A stretch of 64,000 nucleotides of DNA from Trichoplax adhaerens (Eukaryota > Animalia > Placozoa). The stretch is from positions 3,602,449-3,666,448 of the forward strand of contig NW_002060949.1 in NCBI RefSeq assembly GCF_000150275.1, given 5' to 3'. This document shows, in pieces, positions 43,401 to 56,860 of this stretch. A program made the translations under genes and the position numbers. The notes beneath the pieces are model-generated. The model made no database searches, was not told where the DNA came from, and saw only the letters and a program-made list of their open reading frames with translations. Numbering within the stretch: the first letter of the stretch is position 1; each line of letters opens with the position of its first letter.

Positions 43401-46400
43401 AATGACGCATTGGAGATATTGTTAATACGTAGAAAATGATTCGCTCGCTATTCATTCAAAATCACACTGTTTCAATTTCAAGCCATAATACATAGGCACT
43501 TGATAAAAATTGACAATCTTAACAAGTTGACAATTAATTACAACTCATGCTACTTAATAATTCAATCGAATAGCAATTAATATATTATGTTGCTTTTACC
43601 ATCGAATATTTCAAATTTTTACTCCAACTACTGTACCTTGAAACAATATCATACGTCCTACTTTATTATATCCTGATTAATCTTAGCAATGACGTATAAC
43701 AAATAAGCTTAACTATTGTCATATACATTTCATTTCTAGAAACATTCAAGAATAAAAAATTATGTACAGAACCCTATGAAAAGAAAGACATCGACAAATT
43801 GATTCATGCCATTGAAGAACTGTACTTTTTCGAATTTATTATCGGTAGATTGACTTAGGATAAATTATATAATCACTATAAGTAGCGTGTGGTCTCATTA
43901 GCTCCATAGCGATCAAGTGCATATAGCCTAAACAATTTCGCCATAATAGAGATTAGAAACAGTAGTCTTATCACAATGACCACAAATACAAATGTATTCA
44001 TATCATTTGCGCTATAGATGATTTACCTATTCGCGGATTTGTTGGTCACTTGAAAGAAAGTGGTTTTATTCCCCATAGTCATCAAGTATATCTATGGGGA
44101 CATTTTGATTTCTTTTTCGAGTATAACATGGATCAGGTTTGTATCGTAAATTATCCAATTCATTTTCATAGTATGATTGTGATATAATCGCTATGCTACA
44201 ATATTACAACTATATAGAATATCCTTGGTACACTAACATGCGTATTAAAAATTATCCCTTTTATCGTAGCTTATTAGCGCAAATGTTAGCATGTCCAATG
44301 TCAATCCGATAAGCCTAGAAAACATTGACACTTTTCCGGCTCAAATCACCTATACCTACAGCGCTACATGGAAAAAGACCAAGTTATTACCATTATTGAA
44401 TTAATTAATTTTGATTCGTTGATAACACAAACTTCATTAGAAAAGAACCACAGCTACTACTATAGCGTTCTACTTCGTATTAACCCTGGAATACAAACTT
44501 ATTCATACCGTCTTCTATTTGTCCCTTTAGGGTTGCATATTCTCAGCGGATGTCAAAGAAAGATACATTTTTTCAAAAGTCTCTTGAGGTTGGTTAAATC
44601 GATTCTTTGATCATTTGCCTTCCTAATTGGCAATATTCTTTTCTGAGTTAATATTACTTTATTACTGATATGCAGATCCATTGGCTTTCCATTATCAATT
44701 CAATTGTACTGGTAATCCTCTTAATGGGCTTCGTAGTAATCATACTGGTTAGTAATATCGATTAGTAATGGTCTTCTCTGATTTTAAACCTAAATAATTC
44801 TGATTGGTGCTTACAAATTAGATGCGTGTACTAAGGAGCGACTTCGCTCGTTATAATGTTGTAAATGATGAAGAAGACAGCTTAGGTATTTAATATCTCT
44901 AATATCTTTATATATCGTGGAATAATCTCATCTATAAAGTGTTATCATCTACTTTAGATCGGGATGATAATGGTTGGAAGGTCGTCCATGCTGACGTATT
45001 TAGACTACCAAAATACAAGTCTTTACTATCGTCTATGCTAGGTATACTGTAAATTGTCATTTGATAATCATATGCTGGACTTATAACAGGAACTGTGGAT
45101 CTTTTATTGATTGAATTCAAGGCGTTGGTTCGCAATTTCTCTTAATTACTGGTTCAATTTTAATCATGGCTATGCTAAAGATGTTCAATATTCATAGGTC
45201 AGTAGTAGATTTGATAACGTAATCTCCTTGTAATTATTTCTTAAAGTACTAATTCATAGCCTACGGCAATATAACTTCTAATAGATTACTTATAAATGTT
45301 ACCAACTAGGCATGGATCAATTAATACTGCCGCTGTATTGATGTATGCCTTAACATCATTCGTCGCTGGTTACGTTTCAAGTAATTTCTATAAAAAAATT
45401 GGTGGAGAAAATTGGGTGTGGAATATTGTATTAACTTCAACGTTATTCTCTGGTAATTAGTAACTATCACTTCTGCAATAGTTCAATTATTGCGAACTTA
45501 AACTTGTAGCTTGGAGATATAGAGCTTTATTTCTAACTTTGACCCAACTGTTTCAATATATCTATTCTAGCCCCTTTATTTCTTGTTTGGAGTATCGAAA
45601 ATTCCGTTGCTTGGTATTATGCATCCACCCAGGCTCTGCCGTTTACTACTGTTATGATTCTGGTATTAATTTGGATGTTGGGTAAATTTTTTGATAATAT
45701 GCTAGTCAGTAATTCTGCTGCATTGTGTTTAATTAGTTAAACAAGATCTGAGCCATAATTTTTTCTTTCTTTAGTTGGATTCCCGTTAAATGTTCTCGGT
45801 GGGATATTTGGTAAAAATTATGCGATATCATTCAATGCTCCTTGTCGGACAAAAAATATTGCTAGAGAAATCCCATCTGTGTCATGGTATGGATTAATTG
45901 TGTACAGTACTTTACTAACAAGCTATTGCACGTAAGAGCTAAACTGTGAACTACTTATTTCATTTAGGTACCGCAGTGGCCCGATACTAATGTTAATAGG
46001 CGGATTTATCCCGTTTAGGTACATTGTACAATGATAGAATCATTATTTATAATCTAGTCAATTAATTATCACCTTCTGGATGTTTTTTAGTGCTGTCTCG
46101 GTGGAATTGTACTACATTTTCGCGACAACATGGGGACGTGAACAGTACACCCTATACGGCATCTTATTTGTTGTCTATGTTATCCTATTAAGTGTAACTG
46201 TTTGCATTTCTATCGCACTGACTTATTTCCAATTATCAAATGAAGACTATCGCTGGTGGTGGCGATCTTTTAACAATACCGGGTTAGTATATAATTTTTG
46301 TAACCAATACCTTATCATTAAATATCGTAGATATGGATTCTTTGTAGCCATAGTTTATTAGAAAAGGATTACAATTTTGGCCACATTTTATTCCTATTGT

Positions 46401-46634
46401 AACTAATGTAAATGCCTTTCTTTTACTTACAGATTTGCGAGCTTCTTTGTATTTGTTTATGCATTCTTTTACTTCGTCAAACGCTCAAATATGACTGGCA
46501 CTTTGCAAACTTTTGAATTTTTCGGTTATACATTATTAGCTTGTTATGTCTTTTACCTAATGTTGGGTACGGTATCTTTTTACGCTTCACTAACCTTTAT
46601 AAGATACATCTACTTAAACTTGAAAATGGACTAA
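40478..46634 (+). CDS. TM9SF1: Transmembrane 9 superfamily member 1 (nonaspanin/EMP70), multi-exon
   Basis: Exon 1 40478-40564 (signal peptide), 40661-40750 ([23 protein letters not shown]), 41608-41689 ([12 protein letters not shown]), 43740-43844 ([10 protein letters not shown]) and 44018-44136 ([10 protein letters not shown]). Later exons carry [32 protein letters not shown] and [10 protein letters not shown], ending IYLNLKMD*. Confidence 0.93.
40808..41345. repeat. 130-bp tandem repeat (about 4 copies) in TM9SF1 intron 2
   Basis: Near-identical units give repeated ORFs at 40856, 40986 and 41116. Confidence 0.95.
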
Positions 46635-49600
46635 ACTTGTATATGGTCTATGTTAGAGTCAGATAAATTTTATACTGCTGTATTGATTTATCAGCGAATC
46701 TAATGTAAGTAAACTGTTTAGTGTAACCGTCATTCAAGATTTGCTATTGATGAAATGCTATTAGGCGAAACAATTAACTTCATCCAATTGGGCATAATGA
46801 ATGGCTGATTACATACTTAGCTGTAATTATAGCTTATTAACACCTTTAAGAAAGTTTTATGTAGCTAATAAATTCAAGTTGCAATAGCATTAATCTTTCA
46901 CAGTCATATGGGATTTTCAGTGGAAAATAATAACATATTATATAACTACAGTGGTTCTGTACGTAGTCGCTATTTTATACCTAGATTGTACGCTCGTGTA
47001 GTTAAGGTATTCCCCTATTTGAATACATCTATGAATTGTTTGGATGTACGAATTCTGTGTATTTACTACCTATTACCTGTTGGTTCGTAAAAATTAGAAT
47101 GTTTGGACAGTTATAGTATCTGATTACCAATCATTTTAAGCGAAATCGCCTTGTTTGTTGTCGAATCTGTATTTCACTTGGCGTTGCGGTAGTTTGAGCA
47201 TCGTTATGAATCTATTCTTAACCTTTTTAAATTTGTTATTGCTGCTGCTACAACTACTGTACAAATAATCCAAATAAAATGAGATTGAATAAATCTTTGT
47301 ATAGTATGATTATTCATTTGGCTATATCTTTCTATGTCGAAAAAGCACTATGGGAAATAGTATTCTAATGGACTTATATATATATATATATACTGTATGT
47401 GCATTCGTTTCTATTGTTTGTATCACGGTAATATAATATAAGTTGTAAGACTACGGTAGGTATTGTATCTAATTGATAATTAATAAATATTACGAACGTA
47501 GTGAAATCTTAAGTAGAATATTCGAACATATCTGGCAGGCTGTGAATAAATGGAAACGATTAAAAATATCGAAATAATTTTTGGCTTCATAATGCGCAAC
47601 TTAAAACTTTCGTCTTTACTGATAATTGTAACGCTACAACGATATAAATGATCTACTCTGTTTGTGCCTTTAATAATGCTGTGGTTTAAAACTAATGTAT
47701 ATGTCACCGAGATAGGTCCTCAGATAAGTAGAAAATAAGGTCACGCAGAAAATGTTATCACGTACTGTAGATTACACTGGAGATGTTACACAAACGAGGA
47801 ACTTATGTTTGCTATGCTTTCATTTGACAAGACGCATATTGTTCTGTTCTATTACAGGTGAGAAGGGATATAATTTCACTCATTGATATAGTTAGTAAAA
47901 ATTATTATCGCTGTCTTATTACATAATATTGATATTACCCATATACTGTACATTAGAAATCTGTAATCTCATCTCTATTATAGAAAGTCAAGTACATTAA
48001 CGATCGACAATATGGCATTACTAGTTTTCGTTACTTATTTGTGAACATAATTGCAATTATTAAATAAGAATAGATCAATATAAAGAAGCAATATCAAATA
48101 TAACAGAATCTACACTTAATATCGGGATATCACCGGCAAACACAAAGTCAGATAGCAAGAATACTTTATACGTAAACCTGAAACAGAGTATAACTAAATT
48201 ATTAATTAAGGATCATAACTTTAGTTATTAAACAAGAACGATGAATTATTCTAATCAAACATCCCGATAAACATATCATCATATAGCCTAAATTCGTTTA
48301 TTAAGAATAAATAATTACGGTATAATTTACGGAAGTAAAGTAGAGTTGAATAAATATTATGGAGTCTGCACTATAGTAATCATAAGTTTCTTCTAGAGTT
48401 TTTGGTTGCTTGTTATGCAAGGCATATAGAGAAAAAAAGTTATCATAACTTCAAAGAATAATATATAGTAACTAACATACTAAGTTTTACGTCATAGCCG
48501 ATTCAGAACAATGAGTTTAACTTCATTCTGATCAACTCTTGTATTTACAAGAAAATACAGTAATTTAATTTGTAATACGCTTACTACTCCTAGTTTGCGC
48601 TTGTTTACATTTATTTTCCGGTAAATAAATAAGTCAGACAAAATCGACTGTATCTACCTGCAATAAGCTATCAATCAATTGATTATTAACTCAACTTTAC
48701 TGTAGAATACAATTTGAATTTTAAATTAATAATCAAAAATTACGATAAGTTAAAGCTTATTTATTTAGACTCTTCTAGTTGTACAAGGTGTCAAACATTG
48801 ATATTTCATGCTTCAGTATCGTTCAATTGTTTATTAATAAACATGAACGCAAGGGCTACATTAAAATGATACCAAAATAAAATTAAAATGATCGTTATAA
48901 TTATTGTTATTATTATTATTGTCACAGTATTACTGAAACTCCCATCACTTAAAATGACAGATGTCATATATTGATCTTTCTATATCAAATAGCGTTTTTC
49001 ATTCTTTCACAAGTAATTTCATTTACAAATTTCAGGATGATGCAATAGCATATTCTTTACCTAGATAACATGAGAGATAGAGTGAGATTAGCCACTTCTT
49101 GCCGAAATTTGGCACTCTAACTAATTTAAATAGACAAGAAATCCTTTAACTTTTATACCTACATCAATTCAGCAAGACTGATTTAATTTTTAATCAATAT
49201 ATTGCAATACGTCATAAATCTGTTGTAAACTTTAAGCTTTCATCCAACTTCTTCTTCTGGAATATTGTAAATTATAAAACTTTTGTTAATAATATTAATT
49301 TTGCTTACTTAATTTAAGCCATTTGATCATCTATGCGGTAATATGATATTAAATGATACAAGAAGTTCGCAGTAGAATACTATAATATATCGATACAGTA
49401 TGAAAAATTAATACTCTTATTCAAATTAATGACGTTATTATCGTACCTTTCGAACTTACTCCTACTACTCGACTGTTAACTACTACAAGTCATGATTGAC
49501 AGCTAACTTGTAAACACATAGATGTTATTAATAAAACCAAAATTTAAGTGGATGGTCTACAAGTATATCTATTAAAAATTAATAGATTAAATAAGTCCGG

Positions 49601-50275
49601 CTATTCAAATTATATTCGCTAATATTAAGTGCCAATGCATTATTAATACAATCCATAAACTATCGTAGTTATTGAATAGTTCTAATCACCTGCTCCGGAA
49701 AATTATTTTTAATAAAGTTTACGTTAATGCAAGTCCCACTACCGGTATGTGATACAACGATTGTATTTTCGCCTTACTTATTATTTCTAATTGAAAAACT
49801 GTCTCAGTTCTGTGATAATTATTAATTCTAATTAATTTATAACAAGTATCTTTATAGGAATAGAATTAGTATCAGTGGCATCAATAATGATTACTAATCA
49901 AATATCCTAACTATACGATTCCGTAAGTATAAAGGTATAGCTATAATTGGATAGATTGGAATAATAAGGATAAATAGCATCCAACGTTAGACAACCTCTT
50001 TTACAATAATAGATTATTATTCCAAGTAATAGATATATAAGAATACATGATTATAGTAAAATCATAATATAACTTGCTATCAGTTCCATAAGCTTAGTAA
50101 AGTAATTAAGGCTAGAGTGGATTGAATTGACATCGTTTTCATCACCAAAGAGGATACGAAGACAACGTTGGATCGATTTTAATAGGTCACATCAAGAGAT
50201 TTTAATCTCTTTTTACTCAATCTTAATGTTATAGACAAATATAATCTATCATTGATTGCCGTTCAATTGGTCATT

Positions 50276-51115
50276 ATGCGAATCAAAAATAAGCCAATAA
50301 CGAGATGTAATGGCGATGAAAAACTTCGGCCGAAAGTAAAGACACTTTTTGATAAAGGTCGACTCTGGATAGCTTGTTTATTAGTTTATGGCTTTTTTAA
50401 AATGATGTACATGATTATTATGTCTAAGATTTGGTATCCAAGAGCTTTCTGCAGAGCCGCAAAATTAATGGATAAAGTTGTTGAAGATGCTCGCCAACGA
50501 TCTAAACTATCAAAATGGCAGGTGATGACAAGGAACTTTTTCAATAAACAAAATTTACTATCATTAGCTACGGATCCTGATCAAGTTGCCATCTTTGGCC
50601 GACTATCAGTTGGCGATTTAGCACCACCTGGTGTCTTATATACATTAGATAAAGAAGTATACAATTTTCATCAGATATTTCAACAATCGCCTATGAATAT
50701 CTTTGTCTTAAATTTCGGTTCTTACAGTTGACCACCGTTTCGTTTTAATATCGATAAATTTGCTCAATATGCTCATTGGTACGGTCAAAAAGCTGAATTT
50801 ATTACTATTTATATCGCCGAAGCGCATACTACTGATGACTGGTATATACCTGATTTGAATGATGGAGCTGGATTATGCTTTCATGCGCCAGATACGCTAG
50901 ACGATAAAATACGATTAGCCAACAATTTTAGAAATGATTTCTGTTACAAGTTACCTTTTTATGTCGATTCAATGCAGAATGATTCGATGAGAGCTTATTC
51001 AGCCAAACCAGAGCGGATATATATTGTTAAGGACGGCAGGATTGCCTTCAAAGGTGGTCCAGGTCCATTTAGTTATGCACTTGATGAAATAGATGATGCT
51101 TTACGCAAGCTTTAA
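50276..51115 (+). CDS. DIO: Iodothyronine deiodinase-family selenoprotein, copy A (279 aa, Sec at TGA 50729-50731)
   Basis: ORFs 50252-50731 and 50855-51115 share a frame and are joined by one TGA. Motifs are VLNFGSYS-U-PPF, IYIAEAH..DDW, YVDSMQN..AYSAKPERIY and KGGPGPFSY. There is an N-terminal hydrophobic anchor and a downstream SECIS. Confidence 0.93.
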
Positions 51116-51137
51116 ATATCGTATACTTAATCTTACT

Positions 51138-51219
51138 CTATTTCCATAATATGAAGCTACTAGCTCGAAGCTAAAATTGTTCTTAGAGAGCGCTAGCGGA
51201 TGTTGAAATATGGAAATAG
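51138..51219 (+). promoter_or_regulatory. SECIS element (type II) of deiodinase copy A
   Basis: Helix I is CTATTTCCATA/TATGGAAATAG. The core is ATGAA (51151)...GGAT. Helix II is GCTACTAGCTC/GAGCGCTAGC. The apex has GAA plus a CTAA/TTAG mini-helix. Confidence 0.85.
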
Positions 51220-54200
51220 TGAAGAATTCGATCTAATTTGTCGGAACTACCAATTCTATAATGTCAAGAAAGTCTTGTTTAAGAGTATAGGCATAGATGA
51301 TACATATATGTAGTGCATTATGAATTACAATTATTATCGCAATCACTTATTAGCTGCTTGACACATTCAAAAAAATTTTCTTTAATAGGGGCACTATCAA
51401 CATTAACTGTAGATTAACAACTTAACAGCTAGCTATGAAATCTAATTCGAAAGCAAATTAAATACCAAACTCGTTTTAGGTACTTTAGGTGCTTAGTGTG
51501 ACTCTATTTTGCGACTGCTTATATTTATGCCACGGTATACCCTTATAGTAAATTTCTATTAGCTATCACGTACCAAAATTGAACCTAGTATCTTCAGTAT
51601 AGAAAGACACTATACGTAGAAACGTTAGATCATGTAATCGGTTAATTTTATGAGAATCTTTTCGAAAATATAAGTAATAAGCAATTTGTATTATTACAGC
51701 TGCCCCACTTTGATGTTATGTACTGTGTTAATATTCACGTATTATCAACAGATAGTTGAGAATTGATATGTTGATGATTGAAACTTTCTCGTGTTATGAA
51801 TATTGATAATAAATTTTAACTGTTTCTCTGTCAATAAACAGTCTAATTGATGAGTATTGTATTGGTCATTTATTAATAATGCTGCTTTGTTATTTTGGAT
51901 TACTTTATACTTGAGAAGTGATGTTTAATTTAGAATACTTTTCTATGGATAGTTTAATGTGAGTATATGCATGTACAGTAATGAGTCTTAAATCAACAAC
52001 TAGGCTACATGTTTGTTTTTATAGCATTTTAGAACGAATGCAAGGAAATCTCAACTGTAAATGGTATCTACTAATTCTCATGAAAGCATTCCCATCATTC
52101 ATTTTTTTAGGAATGTATTAATCACCAGATAACCTTTGTACAAATCTAAATTGGATGTAATGAATATAATTAGGTTATCGTAGGTATACTTAGAGTGGTA
52201 GTTAATGGAAAGTCAGCTAAATAATAATGATGATTCAGGATTTCTGTAATTGCGATTAAGATACCATTTTAATATCCTTTAAGGTGACCTCAGTTGTTAT
52301 AGTTTTCATAATCTAACCATTTAATTATACGCTAAATTGCTTTAGCTTACTTTGATAATATTATCATCTTGACGTATATACAGTTGGATACCTTTATAAA
52401 ATAGGATTCAGCATTTGCTTATTAAATTATTACTGGATATATTCTTTAAAATTTTCGAAGGCAGATTATAACCTAGAAATAAGCTGTTTTCAACTCAGTC
52501 ATTCATCCTCAGAATATGTTAATGAGTATCGTATCATATGAACTTGATTACTTTATGAAATGGGATATATATGATTACTTAGATAATAATTGCGATAATA
52601 GGTTATGTGGAGCTACAAGATTTTAGTAGATATTTCTGTTAAATTTAAATTACATCGTTCCACCTATACATTTCTAAATGGGGATCATTGATGCACTAGT
52701 ATTACAGTAGTATACTACATATAAAGAGAAGGTATGAAGTTAAAATCGCACAGTAGCTGGAATTGAATAATCATTACTATCGATTATATCATCTAACCAA
52801 GCCTGCTACTACTGTAGCTTAAACGCTACGGTAGGTTAGGCCGCTTGCCTATGGTAATTATGTACATAGAACTGGTCATCTAATGATTATTTATCGTTAA
52901 ATTTCCTTTATTTTCACATCTTCCTAACGCTGGACTATAATACATTTCTGGAGATGGTATAAAACGAATATGTATATACTCATATATATATAAATGATTG
53001 AATTAATATTTATGTTTATCAGTGAAGAGCTTTTACTATAACAATCTATTGCTCTATCTCCGTTGAGAGCTATACGAAACCTTGGATTTGGTTTATACTT
53101 TAGTCTACTACTGTCTTGCTTGTATCCTTTAAAAAGATAAATCCGTTTAGTAGTTATGATGCATTAGCAAGATTTTGACTTTTTTTATAGAGTAGTCCCT
53201 GATATGATACAGGCGTATACAGTACAGTGTAAACATATGCATAACACTACAGTACTAATTTCCTCGCAATTTTGCATATTTATTTTTATTTTATACCACT
53301 CTAACTTGATTTTCTCAAGTACTGTAGTGCATAACTTACTGCAATGTTGCTTCGCTGCTAATAAATACTGTAGTATTTATGAAATTTTACGAATAGTAGT
53401 GTGTCCTAATTTTAATTATAGCTGGATTTTTTTAGGATTCTAATTTTGTAATCAAAACCAAGCCATTATATGTAAATGCAAATCAAAAATTATAGGAAAT
53501 AACTTTTTCAAGGTAACTTTATTTGCTATTCATTTTTAAAGATTAGGTTGAATTTACAACATGGTCGTGGTATGGCTAAAACATAACATAAATAGTTTAA
53601 GAACTTTATTGAATGTATTTTAATTATGATAACTATCCGTAGTTGTATTTAATCATTAAACTACACACTGTAGGCCAACATGATGAGATAGTCAGGTATA
53701 CACGATTACTAGACTATCCGTTACTACAATCCAATCGAGTTTGATCTCGAGTTAATAACTTCATTATATCATGTAGAACTATCTACATCAGCAAATTCAG
53801 TCTACAAATTGATAATGACATTCCATTACGCAATTATTATTATTCTACAATTAGATCGTCTAGTATAAAAAGATGGGTGCTATTTCCTGTATACAATATA
53901 CTTGTAATGTAATCCTTTTTTTTTGGTTTGCCTTGCAGCAATTTGACAATCCTAGAATATTTTTAGATTAATCTCATTGATCAATTGAAATTAAAAGACA
54001 ACGCTCGAAGCTTGCCTGTCTTTACCAGTATGATTGGAATCAATTTCGTTTTCACAGTATTAAGTGAAATGATCGATTTTGGCATGGCAGACAAGACGTT
54101 GCAATTTGGATGATTTTTGTCCTTGTGCGACTTGTTCATGAATCGTTTCCTGTCACCTAGACTGTGTAAGTCAATGGACCTGGATTACCAAAATAAAAGT

Positions 54201-55270
54201 TTCAATTCTATACTGTATATGTATCATTTCGGCAGTACAGCATCGACCAGTTGATGACGCCATTTGCACGCGAATAGGCAAACACCGTAATTAAAATTAG
54301 AAATAATGGATCAAAATTTTTTGGAGCCTATTTTTATTCTAACATCTAATCTTTCGGACTGAATAAAGAAGAGACTGAGATTAATTGCTAGCAGTGACCA
54401 TTGATCATCTGTATATTAGCTTCGTTAATATAAAAAATATTTCATTGATGATGATAATTAAGTCGTGATGCAAGATCGACAAAGTGATTCAGTTTTCATG
54501 GCCATGGTGGTCAAGAGTACGATCCAAAGTTGAAGAAGTGAATCTTTTGTAATTCAAAGTTATCACCACGAAGCATAAATAATTATGAATTAATCGGTCG
54601 ATGGAAGCTGCATTTTCTATATAATCATGTATGATTGTAGGTTAATTAATTCATTAATTCATAAGACGTGGTTAAATTATTGAATAAGAAATCCCATTTA
54701 CTATTACACTACATAGACGTGAACTATTCATGGATGATTTGAAATTTTTGCTAGGAGTTGTCATTAGTTCCAATTGGAATTGTAATGGACTAGAGTTTAT
54801 GCAATAGTATTGAATAACGATAGAAAGAGTTATAAATAATACTCAAATTGACACTAACAACGTTGACGATAATATCGCATTTCAACCAGTAGAATCATTT
54901 GGAGCTCGCCCTGTGAGCAATCCAGCCCATCTTTTTCACCTCATCAGCTTGCAACCAGGTTTACAAAGATGGGTAGATGTGAAGCGAGTGACAAGAAATG
55001 GGTTAAAAGTAGGAAATTACAACGGCAATAAAATAGACTATTCACACAAATAACTAATTTTGCTTTAGTTTACATATGGATTGAATTTGCATCATGATTA
55101 TCAATTGCTTGTGAAGACGTCCGGTGCATATTGAAATGTCCACGACACCAGTTGGTCATACCGGTTGCACAGTAGAAGTGAGTACAATAGTATGCTATAC
55201 CGTCGATGTACTGAACACGGGGGTAAGGGTTGAAAGCTTTTCACCGCCAGACGTTTCGCGTGACATTGTG

Positions 55271-55642
55271 TTACTTCTTATTGGCATTGGAATTGGCATT
55301 GGAATTTTTAATAAGTCGTCGCCTGATGGTGCTGGGATGTAAAGTTTTGCCTGTTTTATCCTTTAACATCGCTGCTAATTCCCCACTAGCTTTAAATGGT
55401 GACTCTTTCACCGCTTCCAGGATCAAATCGTCCTCCTCGGGGGTGGTTTTGCGTTTCCTACCCGTCTTGAATTTTTGAATTTTAAAGGAACGCTGGCCTT
55501 GAAAGCGTTTGACAATCCGTTGAATAGTGCGTTTACTAACTTCCATTCGATCAGCGATCTTCTGTCGAGTCCAGCCAGCTTCATCAAATGCCATAATTTG
55601 TGCTCTATCACAGCATGTGAGTAGCTTATGTTTAGGAGCCAT
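55271..55642 (-). CDS. Tc1/mariner-type bipartite HTH (paired-like) DNA-binding-domain-only protein, 123 aa
   Basis: HTH1 is DRAQIMAF..GWTRQKIADRMEVSKRTIQRIVKRF. The linker TGRKRKTT is GRPR-like. HTH2 is EDDLILEAVKESPF..ELAAML..LHPSTIRRRL. The protein ends NSNANSNANKK* with no DDE/DDD domain. Confidence 0.75.
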   Translation of the reverse strand: MAPKHKLLTCCDRAQIMAFDEAGWTRQKIADRMEVSKRTIQRIVKRFQGQRSFKIQKFKTGRKRKTTPEEDDLILEAVKESPFKASGELAAMLKDKTGKTLHPSTIRRRLIKNSNANSNANKK

Positions 55643-55760
55643 CAAGTTTAAAGCGATTAGTAGCAATTGGACAAGGAAAGCAATGGCAGAAAGAAGAAAC
55701 GCCGCTTGACCCAGTGCTAAGGAAGGACAAGATTTTGCGCACGACGGATCATTGCGGTGC

Positions 55761-55768
55761 TTTATATA
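55761..55768 (-). promoter_or_regulatory. Candidate TATA box for the HTH mini-gene
   Basis: TATATAAA on the minus strand about 120 bp upstream of the ATG at 55642, in otherwise GC-richer context. Confidence 0.45.
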
Positions 55769-56860
55769 CCTTGCTATCCGTACAAGTGGACACGCTATGG
55801 TACACTCTGACAGCCTACTGTATAGTATTCTATGCTGACGTTGTCATGCCATGTGCTAAGCTTGGCACAGGATGGTATGGCCGATCGCAGAAATGATGTC
55901 ACCTGGAGATCGGGTTATTGGCTAATTAGGGAAAATGATGTCACTATGGCGCGCCGAGAGTACTGCCTTCAGCTGCAAGGGCGTTGTCACGGGTGACATT
56001 CTTTTTGGTGGATACAGCCCATACCGTACTACGTGTTGGCCCACCGTACTGTACTGTATTGTAGAGAGTCAGTACTAAAAGAAAGAAAGATGAGACTGCG
56101 CACAGTACTCTGCTTGAACTGTACAGTACGGTACTATACGGTGTAGCCTGTCCACTAAAAAGATGATGTCACCCGTGGCGGTTCACTGCTGAGCTGTGGG
56201 CACTACTTGAGGCATGGAATGGCGACATCATTTTCAATAAATTCATCGCTCAGATTGACCTCATGAACAATATCATTGGTCACAGGACTAGTTATGGGCA
56301 ACTCTAGTTTACAGTAATATTAAGGTTAAGCAACAGTTAGCCTGGTTCAACTGAAGCCAATCAGGTCATCCGATTGCAACGCTCTGTAGCAGCTGATCTG
56401 GAGCCATATCTGACTGATTGCAAATGTTGCAGTTAAGTTGGATAACGACAACGATTGCGCAAGTGCACATACCAGTGGCAGGTATATAGTAACAGTACTG
56501 TACGTCATCATCAAAAATATTTCTGACTGTAAAGCGTAAACATCAACCCCAGAAATATCTTGGGCTATAGTCGACTTTGCATATAGCTAATAATTCCTAA
56601 TAATTCTACGAATGATTAGCAATCGCAAGACCTACAGTACATCGTAACAACAGTCTAGTAGACACTAAAAGCCGTCAAAAAGAAATGGAGAATTAACTAC
56701 TTGTTGTTATACATCGATGTAGTATAGTATTTGCTCATCAAGCCTACTCCCGCTTACCACCAACATAACACTTGTGTACAGTACACGGTAGCACACCCAA
56801 CTCTGCCCAAGCTCGCCTTCAATATTCAGAATACTGTAGTTCTTAATCCATTGGGGGTAA

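Noticed and set aside
52020-54950. Exon-like fragments between deiodinase A and the HTH gene
   Set aside because: Some splice-like signals are present, but the frames contain stops and no family is recognisable. Too weak to call.
55000-56300. Complete autonomous Tc1/mariner transposon
   Set aside because: I could find no DDE/DDD catalytic region and no terminal inverted repeats.
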